Shown here: piece after piece, positions 18,501-28,567 of the stretch
How positions within the stretch are numbered: the stretch's first letter is position 1
Layout: every line of letters begins with the position of its first letter
DNA from: a virus
Strand: one strand, 5' to 3'
Virus record (IMG/VR): IMGVR_UViG_3300042914_004291
Location: 1-64,000 of that record
DNA length: 64,000 nucleotides
The notes under the pieces: generated by a model
Told to the model about the DNA's origin: nothing
What the model saw: the letters and a program-made list of their open reading frames with translations, nothing else
Databases searched by the model: none
Made by a program: the position numbers and the translations under genes

Positions 18501-18864
18501 AAGAACCAATCGTGCGCACATCCCTGTTCTGTGATCGCAGCAGAGAAGCGCCTAGGGCATGTTCTGCGCCGGAACCAGAATCTAGCATGACTCTGAAGAT
18601 GTCTGCAAGTTCCGGATCTGTGTGAATGTCTAGACGTGACCTGACAGTATCACGTGCATCTGCGGCGATCGGAGTCAGAGGTCTGTTTGTGGCATCTGTT
18701 GTTTGAAAGTTCTGAGCATATGACAGAGCTTCTGCGATATTCTCATCAGTTGTAAACCCAAAGTATCTTGAAAGCTCAGCTTTGATTCTGCCAAGCCTTG
18801 CGTTCTTCTGTTCTCTTGTGAGAATAGTTTGATTAACAGGTGATCTGACGTCTAGAGAAAGCAT
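15553..18864 (-). CDS. Large baseplate hub-like structural protein
   Basis: 1103 aa; LEIEYGWSHP, FSFDEVGQVTISL and C-terminal ELSMTTFGC...FIDFNT...DNIYYITGLSHKIESGVFETTLKL resemble hub (gp27/VgrG-type) proteins; follows the LysM gene. Confidence 0.6.
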   Translation of the reverse strand: MLSLDVRSPVNQTILTREQKNARLGRIKAELSRYFGFTTDENIAEALSYAQNFQTTDATNRPLTPIAADARDTVRSRLDIHTDPELADIFRVMLDSGSGAEHALGASLLRSQNRDVRTIGSYLSSRVREAANSPEQLRKIARCVKMHYCSEANTAGLATSSGTSGIQILYPNLGSIGCFDGTEEDTILKQRIVAFRVEHPMLVPGNKNAELLSLFFNAYPTIEFTRATPVLNIRVYSDRAAIQNGRLGAMSLQKFLEGAVEVFSNPTIEAQARANEVPSAPLAIGQYRAGSESPIPDNFSTVGMEIFTAPQILVNPNTSRNNSNFLAPVIDPFRPLASIKSFDVEVRSAVGLISTKTAKLEIVLHDRSRLGEFADLVKPDRYGSLFLEIEYGWSHPDGLAANNPFADVLNLTRNKDHFNIINSSFSFDEVGQVTISLNLCTRGSSELTEVSIAGNQTRLREQLTAMEGLSREINRLSDVFGQRPTPTGDGSETTSRSGGRRQEIRGQQMLTAAGDSTSFLLLTPELFTSLRQLRETLSRRSGATEATRNAAIELRRHIDALVGTGNNQVGGALGVLQTTINQDITTRLSNLNHSENSGGTVSDPFGNDIFLAEMPPNPKNELLHNGHILARFAGTAADATTSNGQVSARTASGRQVGRSIVSSDTVVLSLGTLFMSFVAKPLAKVKGADGNLKFDEVQVYFHNFNNKAGPMSHCNISQYPIYTDFFAREYARLRLENASRAVNMTSAEFVAFLANRMVDDPMNPAYGISDLYKRSTTRETLEAKYSGDEFNRRMQTIMRRTNIGRSQDFVMPQLTMEIEALPAVQDESRTILRLHLYDKACSPNSSLRELLSLSTDNLMSTLSAYPGDPASVSANRSLARNAGSDAPSDSDLLRNWRSIHRTIIDAASRPPYNLITEIPGQNGAEPSYRFTGGPKQLKELMMQYTPHIIYGCMGTAVKNASLSSNQNSLLSTINMQRSLNSNPVEPNGEQTGGVPLSIYPVELSMTTFGCNLARYSQELFIDFNTNTTADNIYYITGLSHKIESGVFETTLKLTPNDAFGQYRNLIGQLNSAGDALRSAIANSGNGTQTSDTSSPQQRQRGRH

Positions 18865-18882
18865 TGCTAGTCCCTAACAAGT

Positions 18883-19197
18883 TCATGCAACGAAAGATAG
18901 AGCTTGCTGCAAGTTCGTTGGTATGTTCACAACTGTGTTTGGAGGACATTGTGGAGCAAATCCGATGTTGCTTGCCGCGGCAATAACCCAGTAATACCTA
19001 GAATCACCATAATACTGCCCAGCCAATCGATCCAGAGTCATGCCTTCCTGCAAGATGATCGTGATGTATTGGATCTGATTGTTTTTAATTGCGTTGCGGA
19101 TAGAAGCAATCGTGTTTGACGTTCCATACTGGAAACCAAATCCAAGCTTGGGCGTCAAACTGTAACGGCTAGTGTATGGTGTTTGTGATTCAGGCAT
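18883..19197 (-). CDS. LysM-type baseplate wedge / tail X-like protein
   Basis: EGMTLDRLAGQYYGDSRYYWVIAAASNIG...VNIP. Confidence 0.75.
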   Translation of the reverse strand: MPESQTPYTSRYSLTPKLGFGFQYGTSNTIASIRNAIKNNQIQYITIILQEGMTLDRLAGQYYGDSRYYWVIAAASNIGFAPQCPPNTVVNIPTNLQQALSFVA

Positions 19198-19211
19198 GAC
19201 TCATATATCTT

Positions 19212-22200
19212 TCAACGTTTTCTATTGAATGTACTGTTGACTGATGGATCGAAACGTGACGTCAACTGGCCATCACGTGATGTTCTATCGCCAACTGGAG
19301 TCATACTGGCGCCTGAGTCTTCCGGAGCAAATACCGTAGAATAATTACCAACAGGCCAGATTGGGGCCATCATCGTACCATTTGCATCCAATCCGATTGG
19401 AGAATCATGAATGACGTCCATATCAATTGTGACTGTGATGATCTTGGGAGCTCTGAGGTTATCAGCACCTTCAACGGACCACAGATCCTTCTCATAAGCA
19501 ACAGAGAAGTTCTTGATCACCCCAGCCAAACCTTTTCCATATGTCGATTGGTAAGAACGCATGATCGGGTTCTTGGTTTCATCATAGAAATTCTCTGTTG
19601 TGATGCTATCTAAGCCGTTTCTGGAGATAGGCCCGCTTGGCGGTTGTGTCTGGCGTTGTTCGGCTGCGGCATCTGAATTGGCAGTACGTTGCATTTCACT
19701 GGCTGTAGTGCTCCTGTCTAGCGCATTCTGGAAAACCGGGTTTATTGGCACACTGATAGTTGTTGTTGAGCCACCAGTCGAAGTGACTGTTTCTGTGGCA
19801 TTGTCTGTTGCTGCGTCGCGTTTATAGCTGAGGATGGTCAGTGAAACTCTCTGGGTGCCTGAAACCACGCCACCATAAGTCGCATAGAGTCTACCTCTGC
19901 TGTGGTTTGCGTTGATTCTTCTGCCGTTAGCTCTTAGGTTTCTAATGCTAGATGCCATTGGTCCGACTTTCAGAACAACAATTGTAGAGTCTCTGCTGAA
20001 GATTTGATCAGGGTTTATTCTCTGTGGGCTTGCGCGCTCGTCGGAGTTGCCATCGGTCAATGTTATGGAAATATCTTCAAGAAATCTTTGACGTGCTTGC
20101 AGGTTTGTTGATCCAGGGTTTGTCTGGGATGGCGCCGCGAGATCTGGCGTTTGTTCTCGCGGCGAAGTTGTTCCGTTGCTAGCATTGCCTTTCTGTTGCT
20201 GCGTGGCGCCGTTGATGTTATAGTCTTGTCTTGTGCTAGCACCAAAAAGCCTGAGCACAGACAGTTTGCTATAGTTTGACTTGAACAGGTCACCAAGCCT
20301 GAGACGCACCACAGGAGTAGCACCGGGAATCTGGGAGAACGGCTGAGTGAATTTGAGATTATTCCCAAGGTTGATCTCGCGGCCATTTGTCCATTGCGGA
20401 TAGATCATCATTGCCAACCTGTTCAGCTTGAACCAAACCAGAGACATGTCTTGTTCACTGGTCGCAACCATCTTGAATGAAACGTTGATGCTTCGCTTCG
20501 TTGATTTGTAGATGTTGACTGAATCTTGACGGCCATATGCATCTGTAGAAGCATAATCAACGTTGAAATTTTCACCAACCTCATCCAAGAAAGCATGAAA
20601 TGACATGATCTCGTTCGTCCGGAGATCTTGGAAGTAGAAAGGCATGTAATCCATCTCAAGCTGCTGTTCAACTCGTTTCACAACTTCTACAGGAAGTCTG
20701 CCTTCTGAGATCGCTGCATTTCTTTCTGCTTTCGATGCAAACTCAGTTCTGTTGAGTAGTGTCGGTGGAGTGCTTGAGTTTCTGACAGCGCCATTTCCAA
20801 GAGCATCATTGATTGAATTCACGAACAGACGATCAAATGGCATGATTGCATTCTGCGCAGTGCTGGTGCTCCAGGCTGTTCTGCCATCGCTCAATCTTCC
20901 TTTCGAATGCACCAATCGATCTGGCAGGCTGTCGACATATGAAACGTTCGAGCTAGCTGAAACGTTGAACTCTGGGTTGCCATTCAAGACGGCGTCAATC
21001 TTCAAGTTGTCTTCATTTTTTACAGCATCACCGATCTGCATCAACACATTGACAAACTTGATGATCTTTGTGTCTCTGATTCTCTCCAGGAGGTTTGTCA
21101 GGCTGCCTATGCTAAATCCATCAGAGAAATCTGAGATTGTTAGATCGATGATATCAAGACCGCTTCGAAGAATCTCACGCATGATCACCGTGAGGCGCCC
21201 ACTTTCTTTCAAGATTCGCAGGCTAGCAGTCGCAGCCTGAGCCGATGCTGGAGTCGCCAAGCCACCAAGACCGGTTCCAAAGCTGAAGCCAAAGAACTCT
21301 TGAATTCCTAGGAGCAAACAATCGTCCGGACTGTTCTGTGTTGGCGTGAACAGAGACTGTACATCCAGAGTCTGTGTCAGAAAATCCAAACCTCCTACAG
21401 CATTGCTTGGAAACTTTGCGTTCCCATCAACATACAGTTTGCCAAGCAGGCTTCGTTTCTCGTTTGCGGTTAAAGAAACGAATGATATGTTTGTGTTTGT
21501 AGGGTCGTTGATGTTAGAGTTTCTCGGGATGATTGCGCCGATAGAACTCAGAAGAGCAGAGAATGCCAGCACCATACCAACACAGACAGTGACTTGGCCA
21601 GCAACGATCAGACCGTTAAACTTTGAGAATTGGTTGTAGAAAGAACCATAACTCTCAAGGTAGTCACTATTGTCTAGAAGAATACCTGTCCCGTTCTCTG
21701 GTTTCGAGATGCCAAGAACTTTCTCAATCTCTCTAGACGTTGAGAACTTGTTGAGTTTGACTTTCTTTCCAAGCCGTTGGGGAGATGGGATCGCCATTGC
21801 AAGTTCAGCTTGAATGTCCGAGCTTAAGTCTGTCGAATCATACTTGAAGCTAGGGTTAGCATCGCCAAGCACAGCATCGATAGATTGGTTGATAGCAATA
21901 TCTTGCATCCTTGCCATCGAGAGCGGAACAGAAGTGACATTGCCGCCGTTTAGAATAGGCTGGCCAGCATAACTTGATGATTTGTACGCACCAAGCTTAG
22001 TGTAGAAGACGTTGCCAACTTGAAGACTGTTGCCAATCTCCTTGTTGTTCTTGATATCATTCAAGGCTGGGGTGATAAATCTGTTGGCATCATTCAAGCC
22101 ATTCGCACGGAACTGCTCAGCGTCAATGAGTTTGCCGTGGTCCGAGGCATTCCCGGAAGAGATCCTGTCAACATAGTTTTTGATCCGGAAGATTCTCTGA

Positions 22201-22655
22201 TTCTGTGTAGGGCTAGCAACTCCTGGTGTGTTACTCAGGTTTGAGAAGTTTATATCAGAGGTGCTTGAAATGCTTGCGGCATCAAACGACTGCGCCACGA
22301 ACATTGCCGTCGGAGGCATGTCCTGATAGTTTATTGCAGCAGCATCAAACATCCCAGCATTCAACCTGGAATCTGAGCTGACATGTTGCCTTTGATCTGT
22401 TTCATCAATCGCGATTGGGATGATGTTGTTAGCCTCTGTTGAAGCCACCAGATAATCGATCAGGGTGGCTTTGAGAGGATCTGCGATATCAATCCCGGAA
22501 TTTCCTGGGTCTGCCACAGAAAGAATATCAGGGGCCACAGGAGCGATGTTGTCTTTTTGATAATAGATGGTGAAACGCTTCCCAGCCGCCCGAGAGAATG
22601 GCTCAGGATCGAGGATCAGATCCGGATTTGGAGTTGTGTTGGGTCGGTTCAGCAT
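19212..22655 (-). CDS. Large baseplate / tail-tube-initiator-like protein
   Basis: MPFYFQDLR...FHAFL...YGRQDSVNIYKSTKRSINVSF...PVVRLRLGDL and GLAGVIKNFSV..W...APK; lies between tape measure and LysM genes. Confidence 0.6.
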   Translation of the reverse strand: MLNRPNTTPNPDLILDPEPFSRAAGKRFTIYYQKDNIAPVAPDILSVADPGNSGIDIADPLKATLIDYLVASTEANNIIPIAIDETDQRQHVSSDSRLNAGMFDAAAINYQDMPPTAMFVAQSFDAASISSTSDINFSNLSNTPGVASPTQNQRIFRIKNYVDRISSGNASDHGKLIDAEQFRANGLNDANRFITPALNDIKNNKEIGNSLQVGNVFYTKLGAYKSSSYAGQPILNGGNVTSVPLSMARMQDIAINQSIDAVLGDANPSFKYDSTDLSSDIQAELAMAIPSPQRLGKKVKLNKFSTSREIEKVLGISKPENGTGILLDNSDYLESYGSFYNQFSKFNGLIVAGQVTVCVGMVLAFSALLSSIGAIIPRNSNINDPTNTNISFVSLTANEKRSLLGKLYVDGNAKFPSNAVGGLDFLTQTLDVQSLFTPTQNSPDDCLLLGIQEFFGFSFGTGLGGLATPASAQAATASLRILKESGRLTVIMREILRSGLDIIDLTISDFSDGFSIGSLTNLLERIRDTKIIKFVNVLMQIGDAVKNEDNLKIDAVLNGNPEFNVSASSNVSYVDSLPDRLVHSKGRLSDGRTAWSTSTAQNAIMPFDRLFVNSINDALGNGAVRNSSTPPTLLNRTEFASKAERNAAISEGRLPVEVVKRVEQQLEMDYMPFYFQDLRTNEIMSFHAFLDEVGENFNVDYASTDAYGRQDSVNIYKSTKRSINVSFKMVATSEQDMSLVWFKLNRLAMMIYPQWTNGREINLGNNLKFTQPFSQIPGATPVVRLRLGDLFKSNYSKLSVLRLFGASTRQDYNINGATQQQKGNASNGTTSPREQTPDLAAPSQTNPGSTNLQARQRFLEDISITLTDGNSDERASPQRINPDQIFSRDSTIVVLKVGPMASSIRNLRANGRRINANHSRGRLYATYGGVVSGTQRVSLTILSYKRDAATDNATETVTSTGGSTTTISVPINPVFQNALDRSTTASEMQRTANSDAAAEQRQTQPPSGPISRNGLDSITTENFYDETKNPIMRSYQSTYGKGLAGVIKNFSVAYEKDLWSVEGADNLRAPKIITVTIDMDVIHDSPIGLDANGTMMAPIWPVGNYSTVFAPEDSGASMTPVGDRTSRDGQLTSRFDPSVNSTFNRKR

Positions 22656-22700
22656 GTTCTATCTGGCAGTCGTGCCTAGTAACAAGGAACGCGATGGAAA

Positions 22701-22946
22701 CTAAGGCTGAGTGACTTCTGTTTTCTTTGATGAAACATCAGATGCAATTGGCGCATCTTGAATAGCGGCTCTGAGCTTTTCCGTGATTCCGTCCATGTCG
22801 GTTAGCACTGCTTCTAAAAACTCAACTGTGCTAGCCTTGTCTTTTTCTGGCAATGATGCAACTAGTTGTTGCATCAGCTTTGAGGATGTGATGGCCGCTC
22901 TCACATTGGTTGTGCCGTGATGTTGATTTCCTAGTTTCTTGATCAT
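22701..22946 (-). CDS. Hypothetical protein
   Basis: 81-aa ORF within the tail operon. Confidence 0.55.
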   Translation of the reverse strand: MIKKLGNQHHGTTNVRAAITSSKLMQQLVASLPEKDKASTVEFLEAVLTDMDGITEKLRAAIQDAPIASDVSSKKTEVTQP

Positions 22947-22970
22947 TGTCTTGTAGTGTCCTTTGTGTTA

Positions 22971-25900
22971 TCAGGGAGTTTGTTCAGTTCGTGGGATAAA
23001 ACTTCCTTCGCGAATAGCGCCGGGAACATTTCTTGCCCTAGGTGATGCAGAATACGTGTACAGGGCTTGGCTAATATCTGCTGCATTAAGTTTGATATTG
23101 ACGTTGACACTGACATTCGCTGCTGCTTTCTCCAACCTTACGGTCCTTTCTCTAGATAGGGTGTCTCCTATCCGATCCAGAGTCATATCGACATTCCCAA
23201 CATTCAACTGGGATAGTTGAGCAGTTGCTCTGTTAAAATCAGTCACCAAGCTGTCAATCTGACCAACATAGTTTGCTCTGAACGTAGCGCTAGCCTGTAC
23301 AAGTGAGTTTGTTGTGAAGGTTGTTGCCACTCGCTCAGTGTTCTCGGCGACTCTGGTCACTATCTGATTCACTGTGCCAATCACACTGCTAACAGAGTTC
23401 AAACGTCTGTTGATACTACGATAGTTGTCGGGAAGAGAGTTCGCAAACTGTTCGATACTGCCGTCGCGCATGAACATCTCTTGGAATTTGACAGCGCTTG
23501 GGCTGTTGTTGAAATCAAACAAAAGCGGCAAAATACCATTCTGGCCCACTAGTGGTTCAATGAACCTTGAGTAGACATTCCCATTGTTTGCATCACCGCC
23601 AGAGCTTCCCAAGGAGCTGATCACGTCAGTGATCGACTTCAGTGCTGTGAACACGGATTCGATCTTTGTGACCTTCCGAACGATATCTCGCGGCATTGCA
23701 TTGACAAACTGCTCAATGTGGCCACCAGATTTCATCATGTTCTTGAGTTTTTGTGCTTCTGCGTGCGCACTAGTGTCAAACAGGAACGACATCAGACCAT
23801 GAGAACCAACAAGGCTGCTGACAGCCGTATAGGCATTGCTGTTTGGACTAGAAGAAACAAGCGAGTTTGCCACCTCTGGAATCAGCTTCATCGCCTCAAG
23901 GATCTGTGTGACAATCTGAACTCCGCGCCTGACGTTGCTGGCTTGATCGGCACTGAACTCTCTGAAGGTTGTTCCAGCCATGGTTGCAAGCTCTGACACA
24001 ACTGTGCGAACCTGCGTCATCGAGCGTCTGAAGTCATCCGGATTGATCATCCTTGCTTCGGCGCCAGGAGCGCTGGGTGTTGCGGCGTTGGCAACCCCTT
24101 GAGCTGCATTCTGCGCAGTCTGAGTAGCTCGCTGCGCCGTTTGTGCTGCCTGTTGTGCGTTTTGCGAAGCCTGCTGGGCTCTCTGGGCATTGGCAACAAC
24201 CTGTTGTGTAGTGGTGTTGCTGCTCGCCGCGGCGCGGCGCGACGCTGTTTCAATGTTGCTAACCAGCGTCGGCGGCTCGTTCCTGCCTATTGAAAGCGCG
24301 TTTCTAAGGCGCGCTGCATAACTGCCAATCCGGTCAAAAAACCCAGCGATTCTTGGGAAAGCATTGCGCAAATATGTTCCGATATCATCTATTACAATTC
24401 GAACAGCCGCGGGGAGAGCGGCGATCTCGTTGGTGAAATCTGCTTTCCATTTAGCAAACTCGCGTCGCATCTCATCGGCCTTTTTTTTGAATCCTAGACC
24501 TTCGGCCACCCCAGCAAACAATCCGGCCATTGCACTAACAATTAGAGCGCCAATGGAAGCAACTGCCTGCAAGACAGCAACGCCAAATCTTGCAACATAA
24601 GTCAGCATTGTCGCCGGATTGGTGAGTGCCATGATTACAGCATTCCACGCAGTCTTGATAAGAATACCAATTCCAAGGATGAGTCGCCCAAGGAGAAAAC
24701 CAATTTTATCGCCTAGGCCATTGAACATTTCCATTGCCTTGCGAACGAACTGCACCGTCCTTTCTGGGATCAGGGAAAAGCCAACGGTCAGCGCAACAAC
24801 AGCGGCCAAGGTAGCCTTGGCCGCACCAGCCAAAGTAAACAACGATCTCAAGACTGGCCCCACGGCTTCTGCTGTGGCCGTACCTGCCGACTTGACTGCT
24901 GCTCTTGTGATAAATGCCCCCAAGACCGTTGTGAGCAATGAGCCAACGCCTCTTAGCGTGGCCCCAATCACGGCTGGGCCGAACATTGATGCCAAGAAAT
25001 ACTTGCCAACAATCTCACCGGCTTTACGGAGCGGAGGCCCGATTCTCTGCTCGAAAGCATCCTGGACCTTCCTGTCGTTAATGAATTCACTGACACTGTC
25101 CCAAATGCTCCTCATTGCTGGGCCAAGTTGCTCGCCAGCGTATGCTATGACCTCTCTGAACGTCCCAGCTAGTCCCTCTCCCATACCCCTCGCTTGGTTT
25201 TGTGCTGGGGATAGAAGTTCTCTGAGTGCGGTGCTGATACCGCGCTCATCAAGCAGGATTCTTTTGACAAATTCTAGAGCATCCTTGACACCTTTTGCTA
25301 GCATCTCCATGAAGTATCTTGCCCCTTGGATTGCAATCCTGCCAATAGTTGTGAAGAATGTTCGGAAACCCTGCATCGTTCTTCTCGCCGCGGGAGAGCC
25401 TGTTGTGAAGTGATTCAAGAAGTTCTGACGCATGTTGGTCATGAACCGCCCCAACGCACTGTCTCTGCGATCCGGGTTTGCCAGATCTCCGAAGAACGTC
25501 CTGAACTCCGTCTTGACTTGATTCATCAAGGCCCTGAAACGTCTTGGGTTGAATGCCTCCTTCACTCCCTCGAAGAACTGCTTGAACCCTGGAAATGTTT
25601 GAGCAAACATCCTGCCAACCTCACGACCGGCTCGTAGGACAACGTGCATCGACTGTTGAATGGCTCTAACAGCTCCACGAAACTCTCTAGACATCATGAT
25701 GCCCCGCCGGAAACCGTCAATGAAGATCTGGAAGAAGCTGCCATGGAGCGGCTGGCCAGCCTGAACGAGCCTCTCAATGGACCTTGCAAGTGTTTGCAGC
25801 GCCTGTGCCTGAGTGACCTGAGTTCTCTGCGACCTTCTCATCTGTGCGTCGAGAGCAGCACCTGTCATTGCCCTGTTCCGCTGGGAGAATGCCATTCTCG

Positions 25901-27221
25901 TCTCTTCTTCAGACAGACCTGTGAGGTTCGACAAGTGACGTCTCTCTGCAACAGACATCTGATCAATGTTTCGGCCGGTTCTGAAGAAGGCTTCGCGCAT
26001 CATGTCCAAACGTTTTGTTGGATCCTGCTCACGCATCATTCGCATGGCATCAATGTTCATGTTGAACGCCTCAGCCATCCCAGCAGCGGACTGTGCAGCA
26101 TCATCGAAGTTCAGGAACTTATCCATGACCTTCTTCAGTGCTTCAATTGACATACCAAGGCGCCTGACGTAGACGCTTGAACGAATCATTGTCTCGCGAG
26201 TCACATTGCCAAAGGTTCCATACTCTTTGAGCATGTAGTTGACATCGCGGCCCATCTCCTTGACGCTGATGCCGAACGTGCGTTGTGCCTGTGCCAAAGA
26301 CCTGATCATTCCGAGTGTTGCAGTTCGTACGCTCTCACCACCATTGTCCGCAGCCAACTGCATAGCCCTCAGACCTTCACCAGTGATGTTCGAGCTCTTT
26401 GTCAGAACAATAACTTCCCGAGATATTCCACGTGTTCCTTGTTGGAACCGTGTGAAGAGCGGTCCCATCTCCTGGGCTAGCTTCATGAATTCCTGGAGAA
26501 GCTTTGCTAGTCCTTCCCGACCATATCCAAAGATCCTACCAAAAGAAACGCCAGTGGCACTGAAGTTTCTCATTGATTCGGTCATGGTGATCACTGAACG
26601 AGACGTGCCGACGGACAGGTCGCCAAACTCTTTCCGCAAATCCTCCAGTGCTTGTCTGTAGGCATCTGTTCCACCCGTGGCTGCGCCTTGCATGAAGTCA
26701 AGGAATGTACCTGGAAGCCCAATAATAACTTTTGCAATGTCTGTGATGGTGCCTACAACCGTCCTGCCCATCCGGATGATGTTGCCAAAGAATGAGGTAG
26801 AGAGTTTCATTCCGGATTTGAATCCGTTGTACATCTCGCCCAGCACCTTGGTCGTCGCGACGATGGCACCATTGGCCAGTGCGCCCATCTTGTCCATCAT
26901 GCCGCCAGACTTCAGAGCTGCACCGCCAACTTTGCCTAGGCTATTAGAAAGGCTTTCGGACTCTTCAATCGCAGATTCGATTGCTGACGTCATGCCTTCG
27001 CTGCCTAGCTGGGAAATGCTGTTGTTGGCGCCAGCGGCGTTTTCTTGAGCTTTCTTAATGGATTCCATCAGGGCTTGCTGTTGGCGCAGGCTGTTGTTTT
27101 GTCTTTCGATCTGGTCTGCGATCCCAGACATCGTCGCACGCAAGGAACGCGCAATTCTTAGAGAGTCCTCATTTGGTGAATCGCCTGAACCTCCTGGTGG
27201 TCTGTTGGGTGGTGGAGCCAT
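22971..27221 (-). CDS. Tail tape measure protein
   Basis: 1416 aa, Ala/Gly-rich amphipathic helices, central hydrophobic segments, FDDAAQSAAGMAEAF; sits between chaperone and baseplate genes. Confidence 0.8.
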   Translation of the reverse strand: MAPPPNRPPGGSGDSPNEDSLRIARSLRATMSGIADQIERQNNSLRQQQALMESIKKAQENAAGANNSISQLGSEGMTSAIESAIEESESLSNSLGKVGGAALKSGGMMDKMGALANGAIVATTKVLGEMYNGFKSGMKLSTSFFGNIIRMGRTVVGTITDIAKVIIGLPGTFLDFMQGAATGGTDAYRQALEDLRKEFGDLSVGTSRSVITMTESMRNFSATGVSFGRIFGYGREGLAKLLQEFMKLAQEMGPLFTRFQQGTRGISREVIVLTKSSNITGEGLRAMQLAADNGGESVRTATLGMIRSLAQAQRTFGISVKEMGRDVNYMLKEYGTFGNVTRETMIRSSVYVRRLGMSIEALKKVMDKFLNFDDAAQSAAGMAEAFNMNIDAMRMMREQDPTKRLDMMREAFFRTGRNIDQMSVAERRHLSNLTGLSEEETRMAFSQRNRAMTGAALDAQMRRSQRTQVTQAQALQTLARSIERLVQAGQPLHGSFFQIFIDGFRRGIMMSREFRGAVRAIQQSMHVVLRAGREVGRMFAQTFPGFKQFFEGVKEAFNPRRFRALMNQVKTEFRTFFGDLANPDRRDSALGRFMTNMRQNFLNHFTTGSPAARRTMQGFRTFFTTIGRIAIQGARYFMEMLAKGVKDALEFVKRILLDERGISTALRELLSPAQNQARGMGEGLAGTFREVIAYAGEQLGPAMRSIWDSVSEFINDRKVQDAFEQRIGPPLRKAGEIVGKYFLASMFGPAVIGATLRGVGSLLTTVLGAFITRAAVKSAGTATAEAVGPVLRSLFTLAGAAKATLAAVVALTVGFSLIPERTVQFVRKAMEMFNGLGDKIGFLLGRLILGIGILIKTAWNAVIMALTNPATMLTYVARFGVAVLQAVASIGALIVSAMAGLFAGVAEGLGFKKKADEMRREFAKWKADFTNEIAALPAAVRIVIDDIGTYLRNAFPRIAGFFDRIGSYAARLRNALSIGRNEPPTLVSNIETASRRAAASSNTTTQQVVANAQRAQQASQNAQQAAQTAQRATQTAQNAAQGVANAATPSAPGAEARMINPDDFRRSMTQVRTVVSELATMAGTTFREFSADQASNVRRGVQIVTQILEAMKLIPEVANSLVSSSPNSNAYTAVSSLVGSHGLMSFLFDTSAHAEAQKLKNMMKSGGHIEQFVNAMPRDIVRKVTKIESVFTALKSITDVISSLGSSGGDANNGNVYSRFIEPLVGQNGILPLLFDFNNSPSAVKFQEMFMRDGSIEQFANSLPDNYRSINRRLNSVSSVIGTVNQIVTRVAENTERVATTFTTNSLVQASATFRANYVGQIDSLVTDFNRATAQLSQLNVGNVDMTLDRIGDTLSRERTVRLEKAAANVSVNVNIKLNAADISQALYTYSASPRARNVPGAIREGSFIPRTEQTP

Positions 27222-27259
27222 CGCTAAACTAACAACAACTAAAGTCTATATTTAGATTC

Positions 27260-27640
27260 ATGTCTGCCAACGAAAAAGATACATGTAACACCAAAGAACC
27301 ATCGCTCGAAGAGATGGCCGACACCATTATCACTGAATGGTTGCATATTCCAAGAATGCCAACACCACTGAGCGGAGCATATAAACTCTCTGCGATTGGT
27401 AAACTTTTCTTTGCCAGTTTGATCGTGACGCTAACAACTGGGAAAAGCTCTCCATTTCGCGTTTCTGGGAGGAATGAAGACATTCAGATCCTAGCAAGAG
27501 CCATTCAGTCATCAAAACGTTTCCAGGATGAGATCAGAAAACCGGGCGCTACAATCGATTCCGTGATCAAATCCATGGATTTGAAAAATGTGGACGCCAG
27601 GAACTTCCAATCTAGATTTGGCGTTCATTGGCCTCTATAA
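27260..27640 (+). CDS. Hypothetical protein (late-motif preceded)
   Basis: 126 aa ending FGVHWPL; ATATTTA 5 nt upstream. Confidence 0.65.
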   Translation: MSANEKDTCNTKEPSLEEMADTIITEWLHIPRMPTPLSGAYKLSAIGKLFFASLIVTLTTGKSSPFRVSGRNEDIQILARAIQSSKRFQDEIRKPGATIDSVIKSMDLKNVDARNFQSRFGVHWPL

Positions 27641-27653
27641 TCGATCCTAAGCC

Positions 27654-27842
27654 ATGCCAGACCAGTCACAGCCACTTGACCTAACCATAGGTCCAACCCA
27701 TGCTACAAGTTTTTCTGTTGATGTTCCGTTCTATGCCAACCAAGTCAATGTGAACGATGCCATAAGCTCGCTACAGGAGACAGTAGAGAGTTTGCGGCGA
27801 GAAATAGCAGAGCTCCGGGACAGACTAAACAGGCTTTCGTAG
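27654..27842 (+). CDS. Small coiled-coil protein
   Basis: 62 aa with a heptad pattern at the C-terminus. Confidence 0.5.
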   Translation: MPDQSQPLDLTIGPTHATSFSVDVPFYANQVNVNDAISSLQETVESLRREIAELRDRLNRLS

Positions 27843-27860
27843 TTACGAGCAGGAATAATC

Positions 27861-28184
27861 ATGATCACAGAAGTAAGTTCAAAAGGTATCGAGACAAGAA
27901 ACGCAGACAAATCAGAGTGCAGAGTCACTATTGACATGTTCGTGAAAGGCATCAACGTTGCCGAAACACTCGAAAAATCTGCTTGTTTGGCAGAGGCCGT
28001 TCAAAGCCTTGTCACACATGTCGATTCGCTGGTAGAGAAAGTTCGTGAGCTTGAGGCACAAGTTGCCGCACTCAAGGCAGATGACGCAAAGGACGATAAG
28101 GAAGTGGAAGAACTTTCAAAGAAACTTGAAACAGTTGCCAAAGCCAAAGCTCCTGCCACAAAGAAACAACCATCAGCCGAGTGA
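27861..28184 (+). CDS. Coiled-coil hypothetical protein
   Basis: AGGA RBS; GTAGTTA upstream; heptad repeats. Confidence 0.6.
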   Translation: MITEVSSKGIETRNADKSECRVTIDMFVKGINVAETLEKSACLAEAVQSLVTHVDSLVEKVRELEAQVAALKADDAKDDKEVEELSKKLETVAKAKAPATKKQPSAE

Positions 28185-28195
28185 TCGGCTCTGAC

Positions 28196-28567
28196 TCAGC
28201 CCATCCTACGTGATTTGTAGTTGAACTGCAACTTCATATCGCCCACATCGTTCACATCCTCAAAGAACACGTCGCCAAACAAAACACGCCACGCTCTGCT
28301 ATAGCCGCCATCTGGGAGTGCGACATACTTGTCAACGTATAGTTCGCCAAGCCTATCAGACTTTCTGATGGTTGCTAGCGGATTTGATCTGGCATTCATC
28401 AGTGGCGCACGAAGTACAAGCAATCCGCGGCCCAATGGAAGACCAAAAGCGACACTGGTGTTTGGATGATCTTGAAAACCTGAGCTTGATGGTTCAAGCT
28501 CATAGAGGTCGCCGATGTGTTGCATTCCTGCTACGAGTTTGGTTGGTGGATTTGTGAATGATGTCAT
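28196..28567 (-). CDS. Hypothetical protein
   Basis: ATGA-coupled to the upstream ORF. Confidence 0.5.
   Translation of the reverse strand: MTSFTNPPTKLVAGMQHIGDLYELEPSSSGFQDHPNTSVAFGLPLGRGLLVLRAPLMNARSNPLATIRKSDRLGELYVDKYVALPDGGYSRAWRVLFGDVFFEDVNDVGDMKLQFNYKSRRMG

Noticed and set aside
15553-27255. Many plus-strand ORFs of 60-264 aa opposite the tail genes (e.g. 24619-25413, 17165-17773)
   Set aside because: Antisense shadows of long coding genes, with no motifs or initiation signals.
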